From the NCBI GenBank assembly GCA_026396275.1, contig JAPLXC010000004.1:1193-65192 (forward strand): a DNA stretch of 64,000 nucleotides, written 5' to 3'. The notes below the pieces were generated by a model, which saw only the letters and a program-made list of their open reading frames with translations, did not search any database and was not told where the DNA came from. How positions within the stretch are numbered: the stretch's first letter is position 1; every line of letters starts with the position of its first letter. This document shows, piece after piece, positions 47,897 through 56,510 of the stretch. Source of the stretch: Candidatus Moraniibacteriota bacterium. Lineage in GTDB: Bacteria; Patescibacteriota; Minisyncoccia; Moranbacterales; JAPLXC01. The translations under genes and the position numbers were made by a program.

Positions 47897-47968
47897 TTCA
47901 TATAACATATAACATGAAACATGTAACAGAATAATTGTTTTATGTTTTATGCTTTATGCTTCATGTTG
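47897..47968. repeat. ATG-rich repeat family (CATATAACATATAACATGAAACATG ... ATGTTTTATGCTTTATGCTTCATGTTG)
   Basis: Partner copy at 50837..50893. Its 3' end supplies the annotated N-terminus (MFYALCFM) of the GT4 ORF. Confidence 0.5.
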
Positions 47969-49186
47969 ATTGGCATTGATGCTTCCCGGGCTTTTATTAA
48001 AAACCGCACGGGAATTGAGGAATATTCTTATCAAGTAATCAGAAACCTGGTCCCGCTACTTAAAGATGATCAGGTTGTTTTATATGTGAGAAAAAATCAA
48101 AAATCAAAAATCAAAAATCAAAATGTCAATGTAAAAATTAAAATTATTAAATTTCCCTTTTTATGGACTCAATTAGGTTTGTCGCTGGAAATGCTGTTTC
48201 ACCCCGTTGACGTATTGTTTATCCCGGCGCATACGGTACCGATAATCCATTCCAAAAATACAATCGTGACAATCCACGGACTGGAATATGAATTTTTCCC
48301 GCGGGCTTATTCTTTTTGGGAAAGATTATATATGCGCTGGTCGATAAGAAATTCGTGCCGGTGGGCAAAAAAAATAATCGCGGTTTCAAATAATACTAAA
48401 AAAGATTTAATGAGATTGTATAAGGTGCCGGAAGAGAAGATTGAAGTTATTTATGAAGGCTATGAGGATTGTCATTCCGGGCTTGACCCGGAATCTAGTC
48501 TAAAAAACTTAGATGCTACACTGGATTCCCGTTTTCACGGGAATGACAAATATTTATTATTCATCGGCCGATTAGAAGAACGCAAAAATATAGTTGGTAT
48601 TATTAGGGCCTTTGAGATATTAAAAAAGCAACATAAAATTCCGCACAAATTAATACTCGCCGGAAAATTCGGTTATGGTGAAGATAAAATAAAAAATTAT
48701 ATTTCCAAATCGTCTTATAAGTCCGAGATAATTACGCCTGGATATATTAGCGAAGAAGAAAAATGGGAACTTTTAAAAAATTCCGACGTATTTTTATTCC
48801 CGACTTTTTATGAAGGTTTTGGCCTGCCGATTCTTGAAGCCCAAAGCGCGGGAGTGCCGGTGGTGGCGGGTAATAATTCGTCAATACTGGAGATCACTAC
48901 AGTATCTGCCTCCCCTCAGATGAGGGGAGGAAATGAAGGAGGGGAGTTGAAAAAAACATATGATCAGCCCCTCACTCTTAATCCCTCTCCCCATTTGGGG
49001 CGAGGGGGAGTAGAGTCCACACTTTTAGTGAATCCTCATAACCCCGAAAAAATTGCCGAAGCAGCCTATAAGCTTATTTCTAACAAGGCCTTGAGAGATG
49101 ATATAATACAAAGAGGCTATGAGAATGTGAAGAGGTTTGGGTGGGGAAAGTGCGCTGATCAAATTGCTAAATTATTAACAAAATAA
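47963..49186 (+). CDS. Glycosyltransferase family 1 (GT4), carrying three in-frame repeat or MITE insertions
   Basis: EGFGLPILEAQSAGVPVVAG. Start is probably the internal Met (MLIGID), since the upstream codons come from a repeat. Confidence 0.8.
   Translation: MLIGIDASRAFIKNRTGIEEYSYQVIRNLVPLLKDDQVVLYVRKNQKSKIKNQNVNVKIKIIKFPFLWTQLGLSLEMLFHPVDVLFIPAHTVPIIHSKNTIVTIHGLEYEFFPRAYSFWERLYMRWSIRNSCRWAKKIIAVSNNTKKDLMRLYKVPEEKIEVIYEGYEDCHSGLDPESSLKNLDATLDSRFHGNDKYLLFIGRLEERKNIVGIIRAFEILKKQHKIPHKLILAGKFGYGEDKIKNYISKSSYKSEIITPGYISEEEKWELLKNSDVFLFPTFYEGFGLPILEAQSAGVPVVAGNNSSILEITTVSASPQMRGGNEGGELKKTYDQPLTLNPSPHLGRGGVESTLLVNPHNPEKIAEAAYKLISNKALRDDIIQRGYENVKRFGWGKCADQIAKLLTK
48093..48150. repeat. (AAAATCA)x4 plus an ATGTCAA-like heptamer repeat in-frame in GT4
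   Basis: Encodes KNQKSKIKNQNVNVKIKI. Confidence 0.7.
48471..48547. mobile_element. MITE family B copy inserted in-frame in GT4 (encodes CHSGLDPESSLKNLDATLDSRFHGNDK)
   Basis: gtcattccgggcttgacccggaatctag ... ctggattcccgttttcacgggaatgac. Confidence 0.55.
48903..49015. mobile_element. GC-rich multi-hairpin palindromic insertion in-frame in GT4 (cctcccctcagatgaggggagg ... ccctctccccatttggggcgaggggg)
   Basis: Local GC spike. Encodes SASPQMRGGNEGGELKKTYDQPLTLNPSPHLGRGGVES, interrupting the GT-B C-terminal domain. Confidence 0.5.
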
Positions 49187-49243
49187 AAAAGGAGCAAGTT
49201 CGATTACATAAACTTGCCCCTTACTCCGGTTGTTTCTATTGAT

Positions 49244-49570
49244 CTAACATCGAAATCCGTTGAACCAGAAATTTAACATACGCCATGCCATTTGTATAAT
49301 GATACCAATTACGAAAAGTATAGCAAAAAAAGCATATGCAAGTGGATAAACTAAGAAGAAAACCCATTTTGATGATTTAAAATCTGATTCTGAAAATTCC
49401 TTTTTTTGGCTTTCTCGTAAGCGATCCACATATCTTTCTGGTTTTCCTGATTCTTTCCAAGAAGCAAATACATGTGCTACTGGGAATGCCCATCTTGCAT
49501 AAAAACCTACAGAAATAAGTCCGAGCAATAAATATGCAGGGATGATATATACAAACGGAATTCCTAACAT
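49244..49570 (-). CDS. Small integral membrane protein (3 TM), hypothetical
   Basis: Hydrophobic segments. Sits between the two GT4 genes. Confidence 0.5.
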   Translation of the reverse strand: MLGIPFVYIIPAYLLLGLISVGFYARWAFPVAHVFASWKESGKPERYVDRLRESQKKEFSESDFKSSKWVFFLVYPLAYAFFAILFVIGIIIQMAWRMLNFWFNGFRC

Positions 49571-49642
49571 ATTGTCCTCCTAAAGAACTAGAATTTTGAA
49601 ATCTAACCTAGCAAGATTTCAATAGACAATAATAGCATACCC

Positions 49643-50857
49643 ATGCAAAAAAGTCAAGCCCGTAAAGATGCTTCGCATCCATGGGCCAAGGAATTAAAAG
49701 TAGCTCTTATTCACGATTTTCTCCTTTACCCTGGCGGGGCGGAGAGGGTTTTGGAAGTGCTCGCGGAGATGTTTCCGGAAGCGCCTATTTATACGTTACT
49801 TTATGATCCGGAAAAAATGAGGGGGAAGTTTTCCGGTAAGGACATTCGCGTTTCATATCTCCAGAAATTTCCTAAGTTTTTACGCAAACGCTACCAGTGG
49901 CTTCTGCCGCTTTTCCTGGTTGTTCCGGAAACGTTCGATCTTCGCGATTTTGATCTGGTAATATCGTCTTCCGGCGCCTGGTCAAAAGGAATTGTTACCA
50001 AGCTCAATACCATTCATATCGCCTACATTCACTCGCCGATGCGCTTTGTGTGGGACTATAACGAGCGGTACCTAAAAGAACAAGGACAAAAGAAAATCTG
50101 CTTATTAAAAAGGTTTATTTTAAGCTACGCCCGCCTCTGGGATCGCCTGGCAGCCGACCGGCCGGATTATTTGATCGCTAATTCGAAGTACACACAGGAA
50201 AGGATAAAAAAATATTACCGGCGTGAAAGCACGGTTATTTACCCGCCGGCATATATTGATGTCGTTGCGAGAAGCGAAGCGGCGCGGCAATCTCGTTCAA
50301 ATAAGGATAGTGTTATTACTCCGGGGTCCCTCGATTTTGCTCGGGACGAAGAGAAATTCTTTCTCGTCGTTTCCCGTCTCTCTCCCTACAAAAAAGTTGA
50401 CGTTGCGGTCGAGGCCTTCAATAAACTAGAACTGCCTTTAGTTGTTATTGGAGAAGGGAAGCAGGAAAAGTACCTGAAGCTAATCGCTCGAGGAAATATT
50501 CAGATACTGGGCTGGCAGAATGATGAAACAGTAGAGCGTTATTATTCAGGTGCCCGGGCTTTTATATTTCCCGCCGAAGACGACTTTGGCATTACGATGG
50601 TTGAAGCAATGAGTCATGGTATTCCAGTAATTGCCTATGGCAAGGGCGGGGCAATAGAGATAGTTCAAGAGGCAGTTACCGGAGAGTTTTTTCATGCCCA
50701 AACGCCGGAAGTTCTGGCTGACGGAGTGAGAAGATTTATGGAGAAGGAAAAAAAATATGATAAGGAAAAGATAAGAAAAAAAGCGGAGGAATTCAGTAAG
50801 GAGAAATTTAAGAAAGAGTTCAGGGAGTTTGTAAATCATATAACATATAACGTATAA
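49643..50857 (+). CDS. Glycosyltransferase family 1 (GT4) with an in-frame MITE family A insertion
   Basis: FPAEDDFGITMVEAMSHGIPVIAYGKGG. Confidence 0.8.
   Translation: MQKSQARKDASHPWAKELKVALIHDFLLYPGGAERVLEVLAEMFPEAPIYTLLYDPEKMRGKFSGKDIRVSYLQKFPKFLRKRYQWLLPLFLVVPETFDLRDFDLVISSSGAWSKGIVTKLNTIHIAYIHSPMRFVWDYNERYLKEQGQKKICLLKRFILSYARLWDRLAADRPDYLIANSKYTQERIKKYYRRESTVIYPPAYIDVVARSEAARQSRSNKDSVITPGSLDFARDEEKFFLVVSRLSPYKKVDVAVEAFNKLELPLVVIGEGKQEKYLKLIARGNIQILGWQNDETVERYYSGARAFIFPAEDDFGITMVEAMSHGIPVIAYGKGGAIEIVQEAVTGEFFHAQTPEVLADGVRRFMEKEKKYDKEKIRKKAEEFSKEKFKKEFREFVNHITYNV
50261..50375. mobile_element. MITE family A copy (gtcgttgcgagaagcgaagcggcgcggcaatctcg ...) in-frame in the second GT4
   Basis: Encodes VVARSEAARQSRSNKD. 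Antisense frame reads SLREAKRRGNL. Right boundary approximate. Confidence 0.5.
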
Positions 50858-50893
50858 CCTTTTTGTTTTATGTTATATGTTTCATGCTTTATG
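50837..50893. repeat. ATG-rich repeat family copy overlapping the GT4 stop and the holB start
   Basis: catataacatataacgtataac ... gttttatgttatatgtttcatgctttatg. Confidence 0.5.
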
Positions 50894-51811
50894 AATATAA
50901 TTGGCCATCAAAAAATACTAAATTTACTGGATCGAAGCTTAAAGCGGGACAGTATTTCCCAGGCCTATCTTTTTGCCGGCCCAGAGTCAGTAGGGAAATT
51001 TACCATTGCCCAGGAATTTGCCAAAAGCGCAATTAACGGAACTGATTTTATCTCATCAGTCAGCCGTAAAAGAGATGAAAAAAGCCGACCCCTTTTAGAT
51101 TTAATAATCGTGGAACCCGAGAAAGAAGAAAAAAGGGGAATTACAAAGGAAAAGGAAATAAAAATAGAGCAAATACGGAAAGCCCGGAAAAACCTTCTGC
51201 TTTTTCCTTTTCAGAGAAAATATAAAGTGTTAATCGTAGACAATGCGCACCGAATGAATGAAGCATCCCAAAACGCGTTGCTGAAAATTTTGGAAGAACC
51301 CAACTCCACCTCCGTTATTATTTTAGTCACCCATGATGAATCAAGAATTCTGCCCACGCTTAAATCGAGATGTCAAAAAATATTATTTTCCCTCGTCAGT
51401 GAAGAAAAAATAAAAAAAGGTCTTGAGAAAAAAGGAATGCTGGTTAGCAACGAGCTTATTTCCTTGTCTCTCGGTCGTCCCGGAATAGCTCTGACTATCA
51501 GCGATAAAAGGGAAGAGTTTCTTTTGAGGCAGGAAGCATTGGAACAGCTCCAGGGCCTTCCGGCGCAAAGCTTAAACCAGCGGCTGGAAATGGCGGAAGA
51601 ATTGTCAAAAAACATAGTTAAGACGGCAAAAAAATTAGAGCTGTGGATCTGGATAACGCGTTTGCAGGGACTGAAAGAATTTCAGCGGAAGGAGCAATCC
51701 GGCCAGAAGAATTTCAGCCGGGCTGAACTAATTGAAAAAAGCCTTTCTGTTCTTCAGCAGACCAATGCCAATAGCCGTCTGGTGCTGGAGAATTTATTAA
51801 TAAATCTTTGA
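50891..51811 (+). CDS. holB: DNA polymerase III delta-prime subunit
   Basis: AAA+ clamp-loader fold: GPESVGKFTIAQEFAK ... NALLKILEEP ... SRC. Start probably MNIIGHQ. Confidence 0.8.
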   Translation: MNIIGHQKILNLLDRSLKRDSISQAYLFAGPESVGKFTIAQEFAKSAINGTDFISSVSRKRDEKSRPLLDLIIVEPEKEEKRGITKEKEIKIEQIRKARKNLLLFPFQRKYKVLIVDNAHRMNEASQNALLKILEEPNSTSVIILVTHDESRILPTLKSRCQKILFSLVSEEKIKKGLEKKGMLVSNELISLSLGRPGIALTISDKREEFLLRQEALEQLQGLPAQSLNQRLEMAEELSKNIVKTAKKLELWIWITRLQGLKEFQRKEQSGQKNFSRAELIEKSLSVLQQTNANSRLVLENLLINL

Positions 51812-51812
51812 A

Positions 51813-52742
51813 ATGGTCTTTTGGAGAAATAGAAAAAAAGATTCAAAAAAAATCCTTCTGCGCAAAAGCACTCGAGAGTTTCCGCGCCGCTCTTTCGATG
51901 ACCCACCCCGATTTTTAAAAGTGCTTTATTATATTTTGCTGATGCTGTTTTTGGGGGTAACAGTATATGTTTTCTTTTTTTCTTCCTTTCTTCAAGTAAA
52001 GTCGTTCGCAATAAAGGGAATAAAAAGTTTGCCTTCCGAGGAAGTCCTGAGAAAAATAACTTCTCCGCTGGAGGGGAATTATCTGGGGTTTGTTCCCAGG
52101 AATAATTTGGTCTTGATTTCTGAAGAAAAACTGAAAAGTGATCTCTCGCGCCAGTTTCGAAGGATTAAATCAGTGGAAATCAAAAAGTCCTTTCCCGATC
52201 TTTTAGCAATAAACATTGAAGAGAGGGTATCACTAGTTCTCTGGTGCTCGGGAGGCCCCTGCTATCTAGTTGACGAACAGGGATACGCCTATAATAATGC
52301 TGACCTCGATTCTCCGGAAGTAACCCAGAATAATTTAATCCGGCTGGTTGATATAAGTGCCCAGCCAGTAAACATCGGCGAACGCTTGCTCAGTAGCGAG
52401 TATCTGAATTTTGTGATTGCCGCCAGAGAAGCCCTTAAGAAAGAGTTAGGTATAGAGCTATCCGATGAGTTTCAAACAAGATCGCGTTTTGCGGAAGAAA
52501 TTCAGATTGAGACATCCGAGGGCTGGAAGGCATATCTTTCCAGTCAGCTGCCTCTTAATCAGTCGGTAAGGACGCTCAAAACCTTTCTGGAGGAAGAAGT
52601 TGATTCATCAAAACGCGGCCGCTTGGAATACGTGGATTTGCGGGTGAATAATAAAGTTTATTATAAAATGAAAGAAGAAGATAAAAGTCAAAATGTTTCG
52701 GAGGATAAATCAGAGGATAAGAAAGGAAAATCCGAGGAGTGA
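51813..52742 (+). CDS. FtsQ/DivIB-like cell division protein (N-terminal TM plus POTRA)
   Basis: TM YYILLMLFLGVTVYVFFF, then a POTRA-like segment QVKSFAIKGIKSL. Confidence 0.5.
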   Translation: MVFWRNRKKDSKKILLRKSTREFPRRSFDDPPRFLKVLYYILLMLFLGVTVYVFFFSSFLQVKSFAIKGIKSLPSEEVLRKITSPLEGNYLGFVPRNNLVLISEEKLKSDLSRQFRRIKSVEIKKSFPDLLAINIEERVSLVLWCSGGPCYLVDEQGYAYNNADLDSPEVTQNNLIRLVDISAQPVNIGERLLSSEYLNFVIAAREALKKELGIELSDEFQTRSRFAEEIQIETSEGWKAYLSSQLPLNQSVRTLKTFLEEEVDSSKRGRLEYVDLRVNNKVYYKMKEEDKSQNVSEDKSEDKKGKSEE

Positions 52743-52780
52743 GTAATAAAGTTTCCTAAAGTTGAACTTTAGAATTTACT

Positions 52781-54598
52781 TTACTTTGCCGGAATGTAAT
52801 AGATGAAAATTGAGTCGCCGGCCCGGGCGTAAGGCGAATATGACTTCAGCCACTCGTAGCTTTTTTCTCCCGGCTGTTTTGCCTTGCTGATGTTTTCCAT
52901 CAAGAAACCGGCGGAGATGGCGTACCATCCTGCTTCGGGATTATTACCGGAATGCCAGGGGATAAAAGCGTTGCCAAAATAATAGCCGGGATTCGATCCG
53001 CCGAAGTAATCAATGCGGATTTTGCTGATGGGGTCTTGCGGATGTGATTGATTGTAATCGCTGACCCAATTCCGCAGCCGCTTCAGATCCTGCCCCCAGT
53101 CAGCGTTTGAATCCGTGACGTACTTATATCCATTCTTCGGTCCTCCCACCAGTTGGTTAAAATAAGAAAGATAGCTGGGAAAGAATATTAACGGTTCCAA
53201 TACAATCCAGATTACCAATCCCGCCAGGATTATTTTGAAGGTCTTTTTGGTTGTTTCGGAGTTGGCGCTTTTGATCCAATCAAATACTTTTTTGGAGACC
53301 AGAACATAGGCAAAGGGAAGAATGGGAAATAAATGGCGAAAACCAATATTAAGATTGCCGGTAATGCTAAGGTAGACATAGAGAGCGATAAAAGCCAGCA
53401 TTGTGTAATAGGCGACTCCGGTTTGCAGATAAAATTTAATTGTTCCTCCGATTTTTGCCAATATATTACCCGGGTAGGAAAATATGTTTTTTACGGTCTG
53501 AAAAATAGCTAAACCCGCCGCAGCCAGGAGAAGCAGAAGGAAAGGAATTGTTTCTTTAATAAGAAATACTACGGGGAAGTAAGCCGGGGAAGCATGATTG
53601 GAAACATTTCCCAGGAAGTAATAAGTATTGCCTCCTTCCACGCGCACAAAGACCATAAAGACGCCCAGAAAATATTCACTCAAGGGCTTGAGAAAAGAAA
53701 TAGCGCTCATTTTAATAACAATGGATTTAGAAATAATTCCCATTCCGGAATCGGAAAAAACTGCTTTGGAAATATCCTGGACTTTTTCAGCCGGCATATT
53801 AAAGGTGTTGTAAAAGTACACAATCCAAATTATTGCGAAGCAGATGATAATAATAAGCATATACTTCCCAACGTACTCCCAAATTTTTGCCCAGCGGAAT
53901 CGAGAGTCGCTTCTCTGGTCGAAACCCGGCTTCTTTTTCGCCAGCGCGTAGGTGATTGCAATGATTCCAAAAACAGGAAAGAGGAGAACGCCGGAAAACT
54001 TGGCCAGTTCCGCCAGAGCCAGGAATACGCCGGCCAGCACGGTGTTTTTCCAGTTCGGGTTTTTGACGAATTTTACGAAGAAGTAAAAAGCGATAAAAAT
54101 AAAAGCAGCGATTCCAATATCCGTGGTAACGTAATGATTGTGGCCCAGAATGTTGGGGTCAAAAGCGTAAAGAACAAGGGCAAAAAGTCCGGCGGCGGTT
54201 CCGGCCAGTTCTTTCGTCCAGCGGAAGATGAAAAATCCCAAAAGCAATGCAACCAGCAAAATCGGAACCCGCGACCAAAAAGTAATCGCGTCAGCGTTAT
54301 TTTGATGGATGAATTTATTTCCTAGATTCCATTGCTCGTTGACACCGCTCATCCAAGCCGGATCATCAGTCGGGAACTTGACGTTGAGAAAAAGCAAAGG
54401 AATGCCGGCCAGATCCTTGAGAAGGGGCGGATGTTCGGGGTTAAGCCGCATGTCGTTGTATTTCACGTAGGTGTAAGCTGAGGGAATATGCGCCTGTTCA
54501 TCCATTGTTGTTGACTCCTGGGAAAAAACTATCAGGGAAACGGCAAAAAACCAGCCGAGAATTGCCAAAACAATGAAGGTGGAATATTTTTTAAGCAT
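52781..54598 (-). CDS. GT-C family membrane glycosyltransferase (PMT/ArnT-like, lipid-carrier dependent)
   Basis: More than 10 TMs. N-terminal loop motif PEHPPLLKDLAGIPL. Confidence 0.7.
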   Translation of the reverse strand: MLKKYSTFIVLAILGWFFAVSLIVFSQESTTMDEQAHIPSAYTYVKYNDMRLNPEHPPLLKDLAGIPLLFLNVKFPTDDPAWMSGVNEQWNLGNKFIHQNNADAITFWSRVPILLVALLLGFFIFRWTKELAGTAAGLFALVLYAFDPNILGHNHYVTTDIGIAAFIFIAFYFFVKFVKNPNWKNTVLAGVFLALAELAKFSGVLLFPVFGIIAITYALAKKKPGFDQRSDSRFRWAKIWEYVGKYMLIIIICFAIIWIVYFYNTFNMPAEKVQDISKAVFSDSGMGIISKSIVIKMSAISFLKPLSEYFLGVFMVFVRVEGGNTYYFLGNVSNHASPAYFPVVFLIKETIPFLLLLLAAAGLAIFQTVKNIFSYPGNILAKIGGTIKFYLQTGVAYYTMLAFIALYVYLSITGNLNIGFRHLFPILPFAYVLVSKKVFDWIKSANSETTKKTFKIILAGLVIWIVLEPLIFFPSYLSYFNQLVGGPKNGYKYVTDSNADWGQDLKRLRNWVSDYNQSHPQDPISKIRIDYFGGSNPGYYFGNAFIPWHSGNNPEAGWYAISAGFLMENISKAKQPGEKSYEWLKSYSPYARAGDSIFIYYIPAK

Positions 54599-54613
54599 AG
54601 TGGTTTGGTAATT

Positions 54614-56212
54614 TTAATTTATAATTACGGCTATAAAATCCGAAGGATAGCCGGGTCTTGAGTCAATTTTTTCCACTTTGGCGTTAGGATAAAATGTTTT
54701 CAGCCGGTCAATAACACCTTGATTGTAGCCCATAAGGATAATAACCATAGGTTTTTCAAGCACAATATCAGAACCGCGTTTTAAAAATATCACTTCTCCT
54801 GCCTTCCGGTAGGTCAGGTATTTAATCACATGAGCGCTGATAGGAAGACCGTCTTCCATAATCTTGCCGCTTCCGTTGACGAAAACATATTTGTGAATGG
54901 AAGCCGGGGTGCTATTGAGGTAAAGCGACATATTTTTCAGGTTTTCATTAAACTGTCCGTGCTGTTCCGGCCGGTGATTCCAAAATACGAAATATTTAAT
55001 TGTCTCGGTGGCGCCTATAGAGATAAAAGCGATGGCAAGGAGAGAAATGACAGAGAGTTTGAAAAAGTATCCTGCCCGTCCTGCTCTTCCCAAAACCCAC
55101 AGGATGGAGATGGTGGCAATGATAAAAACCACCGGCATTGTTCCAATTGAACGCAAAGCATGAGGAAGCCCTTCAGCAGTGAGAAACTCCGGCATAAGCA
55201 TCACCACAAACCAGGCCAAAAGAAAAAGATAAATCTCAAATTTTTTGTCCCGGACACCGTGACGGAAACGCAAAATGAGAAGGTGCGCGGTCTTTATCAC
55301 CAGATATATCAGCCCGGTTAGGAAGAAAAATCCCGCAATCGGATTAAGAATGGGATAAGGCGGGTAATTATGCCGCCAGTTCTGGTCGCCCCAGAAATTG
55401 TATTTTATCAAACTTAATCCCAAACTTTTTCCCAGTGTTTCGAAAAGATGCCCTTTGTTGACTTCGGAGGAAAACACCGAAATGCTGCCGGAGCGGGACT
55501 GAAAATGTTCCGGGTGTTTGACAAAATCGTAAAGCATGGGAGAAACCACAACCAAAATGGCAATAGCAAAAACAATAATTGGCTTCCAATTTTCCTTAAG
55601 AAAATTTTTCCGGTTGATAAGAAGAATTATAAAGAGTGATACCAAAATAAGAGGAGCAATCCGAAAGGCGATATAAGTGTGGAATCCCAGTCCGAAAATA
55701 AGACCGGCTAAAATAAAATTTAAATAATGTTTCGTCCGCAGGCCGCGGAAGAGGAAATAAAAAGAGAAAGTGAGTAAAAAAGGGACCATAATTGCCCGGA
55801 AAGAAATGCGGGAAAAATTAATGGCCCAAAAGGAGAAGGCCAGAAGATACGCGGCAATCAGCCCCGATCGGGTGCTGCGAAACAGCTCCTTTGTCAGAAG
55901 ATAGATTCCTAAAACGGTTAGTGTTCCGAAAAGAATTGACCAAAACTTAATCCCCAGTATGGTATTCCCGAATATTTTAATGGAAAAGGAGATAAGGTTC
56001 ATAAATAATCCCTCCCGGCCATAGTTGTTGGTGTAAAAAATTTTGTAATCGCCGGTTTCATTGGCTAAAATCGCATCGGTGCCGTTCACTGATTCGTCGG
56101 GATAAATGCCGGCCGGGATACTGTCGATTTTATAAATTCGCAAAAACAGGGCAGTCAAAACTATCGCTGAAATCAATATCGCGTTGGCAATTTTTTCATT
56201 TCTGTTTTTCAT
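54614..56212 (-). CDS. GT-C family membrane glycosyltransferase (GT39/ArnT-like)
   Basis: Multi-TM. First-loop motif IYPDESVNGTDA. Confidence 0.7.
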   Translation of the reverse strand: MKNRNEKIANAILISAIVLTALFLRIYKIDSIPAGIYPDESVNGTDAILANETGDYKIFYTNNYGREGLFMNLISFSIKIFGNTILGIKFWSILFGTLTVLGIYLLTKELFRSTRSGLIAAYLLAFSFWAINFSRISFRAIMVPFLLTFSFYFLFRGLRTKHYLNFILAGLIFGLGFHTYIAFRIAPLILVSLFIILLINRKNFLKENWKPIIVFAIAILVVVSPMLYDFVKHPEHFQSRSGSISVFSSEVNKGHLFETLGKSLGLSLIKYNFWGDQNWRHNYPPYPILNPIAGFFFLTGLIYLVIKTAHLLILRFRHGVRDKKFEIYLFLLAWFVVMLMPEFLTAEGLPHALRSIGTMPVVFIIATISILWVLGRAGRAGYFFKLSVISLLAIAFISIGATETIKYFVFWNHRPEQHGQFNENLKNMSLYLNSTPASIHKYVFVNGSGKIMEDGLPISAHVIKYLTYRKAGEVIFLKRGSDIVLEKPMVIILMGYNQGVIDRLKTFYPNAKVEKIDSRPGYPSDFIAVIIN

Positions 56213-56433
56213 TGGTTTGTGTTTTTAGCCGTGTTTCTCCGCCTACGCAGAAGACCGCGGACATGAGACCGGGGATGAATGTTATATAACTCTTCTGCTT
56301 CGACGGATTTCACTCCGCCGAAGAAAAAGGCAATACCGGATGCGCAAGTTTGCGGAGATTCATTTTCCTACTCCATTATAGCATAAATTTCTGATTATTT
56401 GGTTATGCACACGCATTCATCGCGAAGCGCTTT

Positions 56434-56444
56434 TGTGGTATAAT
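56434..56444 (+). promoter_or_regulatory. Extended -10 (TGTGGTATAAT) in the 300-nt divergent intergenic region. A perfect hairpin agagacc-t-ggtctct follows at 56479..56494
   Basis: Read directly. Confidence 0.35.
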
Positions 56445-56510
56445 TGAATCAAACAAACGAAGTAAGATTTAAGCCAATAGAGACCTGGTCTCTCTTTTGG
56501 GATTTGAAAA

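Noticed and set aside
53594-54325. 243-aa plus-strand ORF inside the GT-C gene
   Set aside because: It is antisense to a polytopic membrane protein ORF with clear family features. Low-complexity translation.
56215-56510. Known structured RNAs (SRP RNA, RNase P RNA, tmRNA, 6S) in long intergenic spacers
   Set aside because: The conserved cores of these RNAs (SRP domain IV GGAA/AGCAGCC, RNase P GGAAAGUCCGG / ACAGAAAA, tmRNA tRNA-like ends) are not present.
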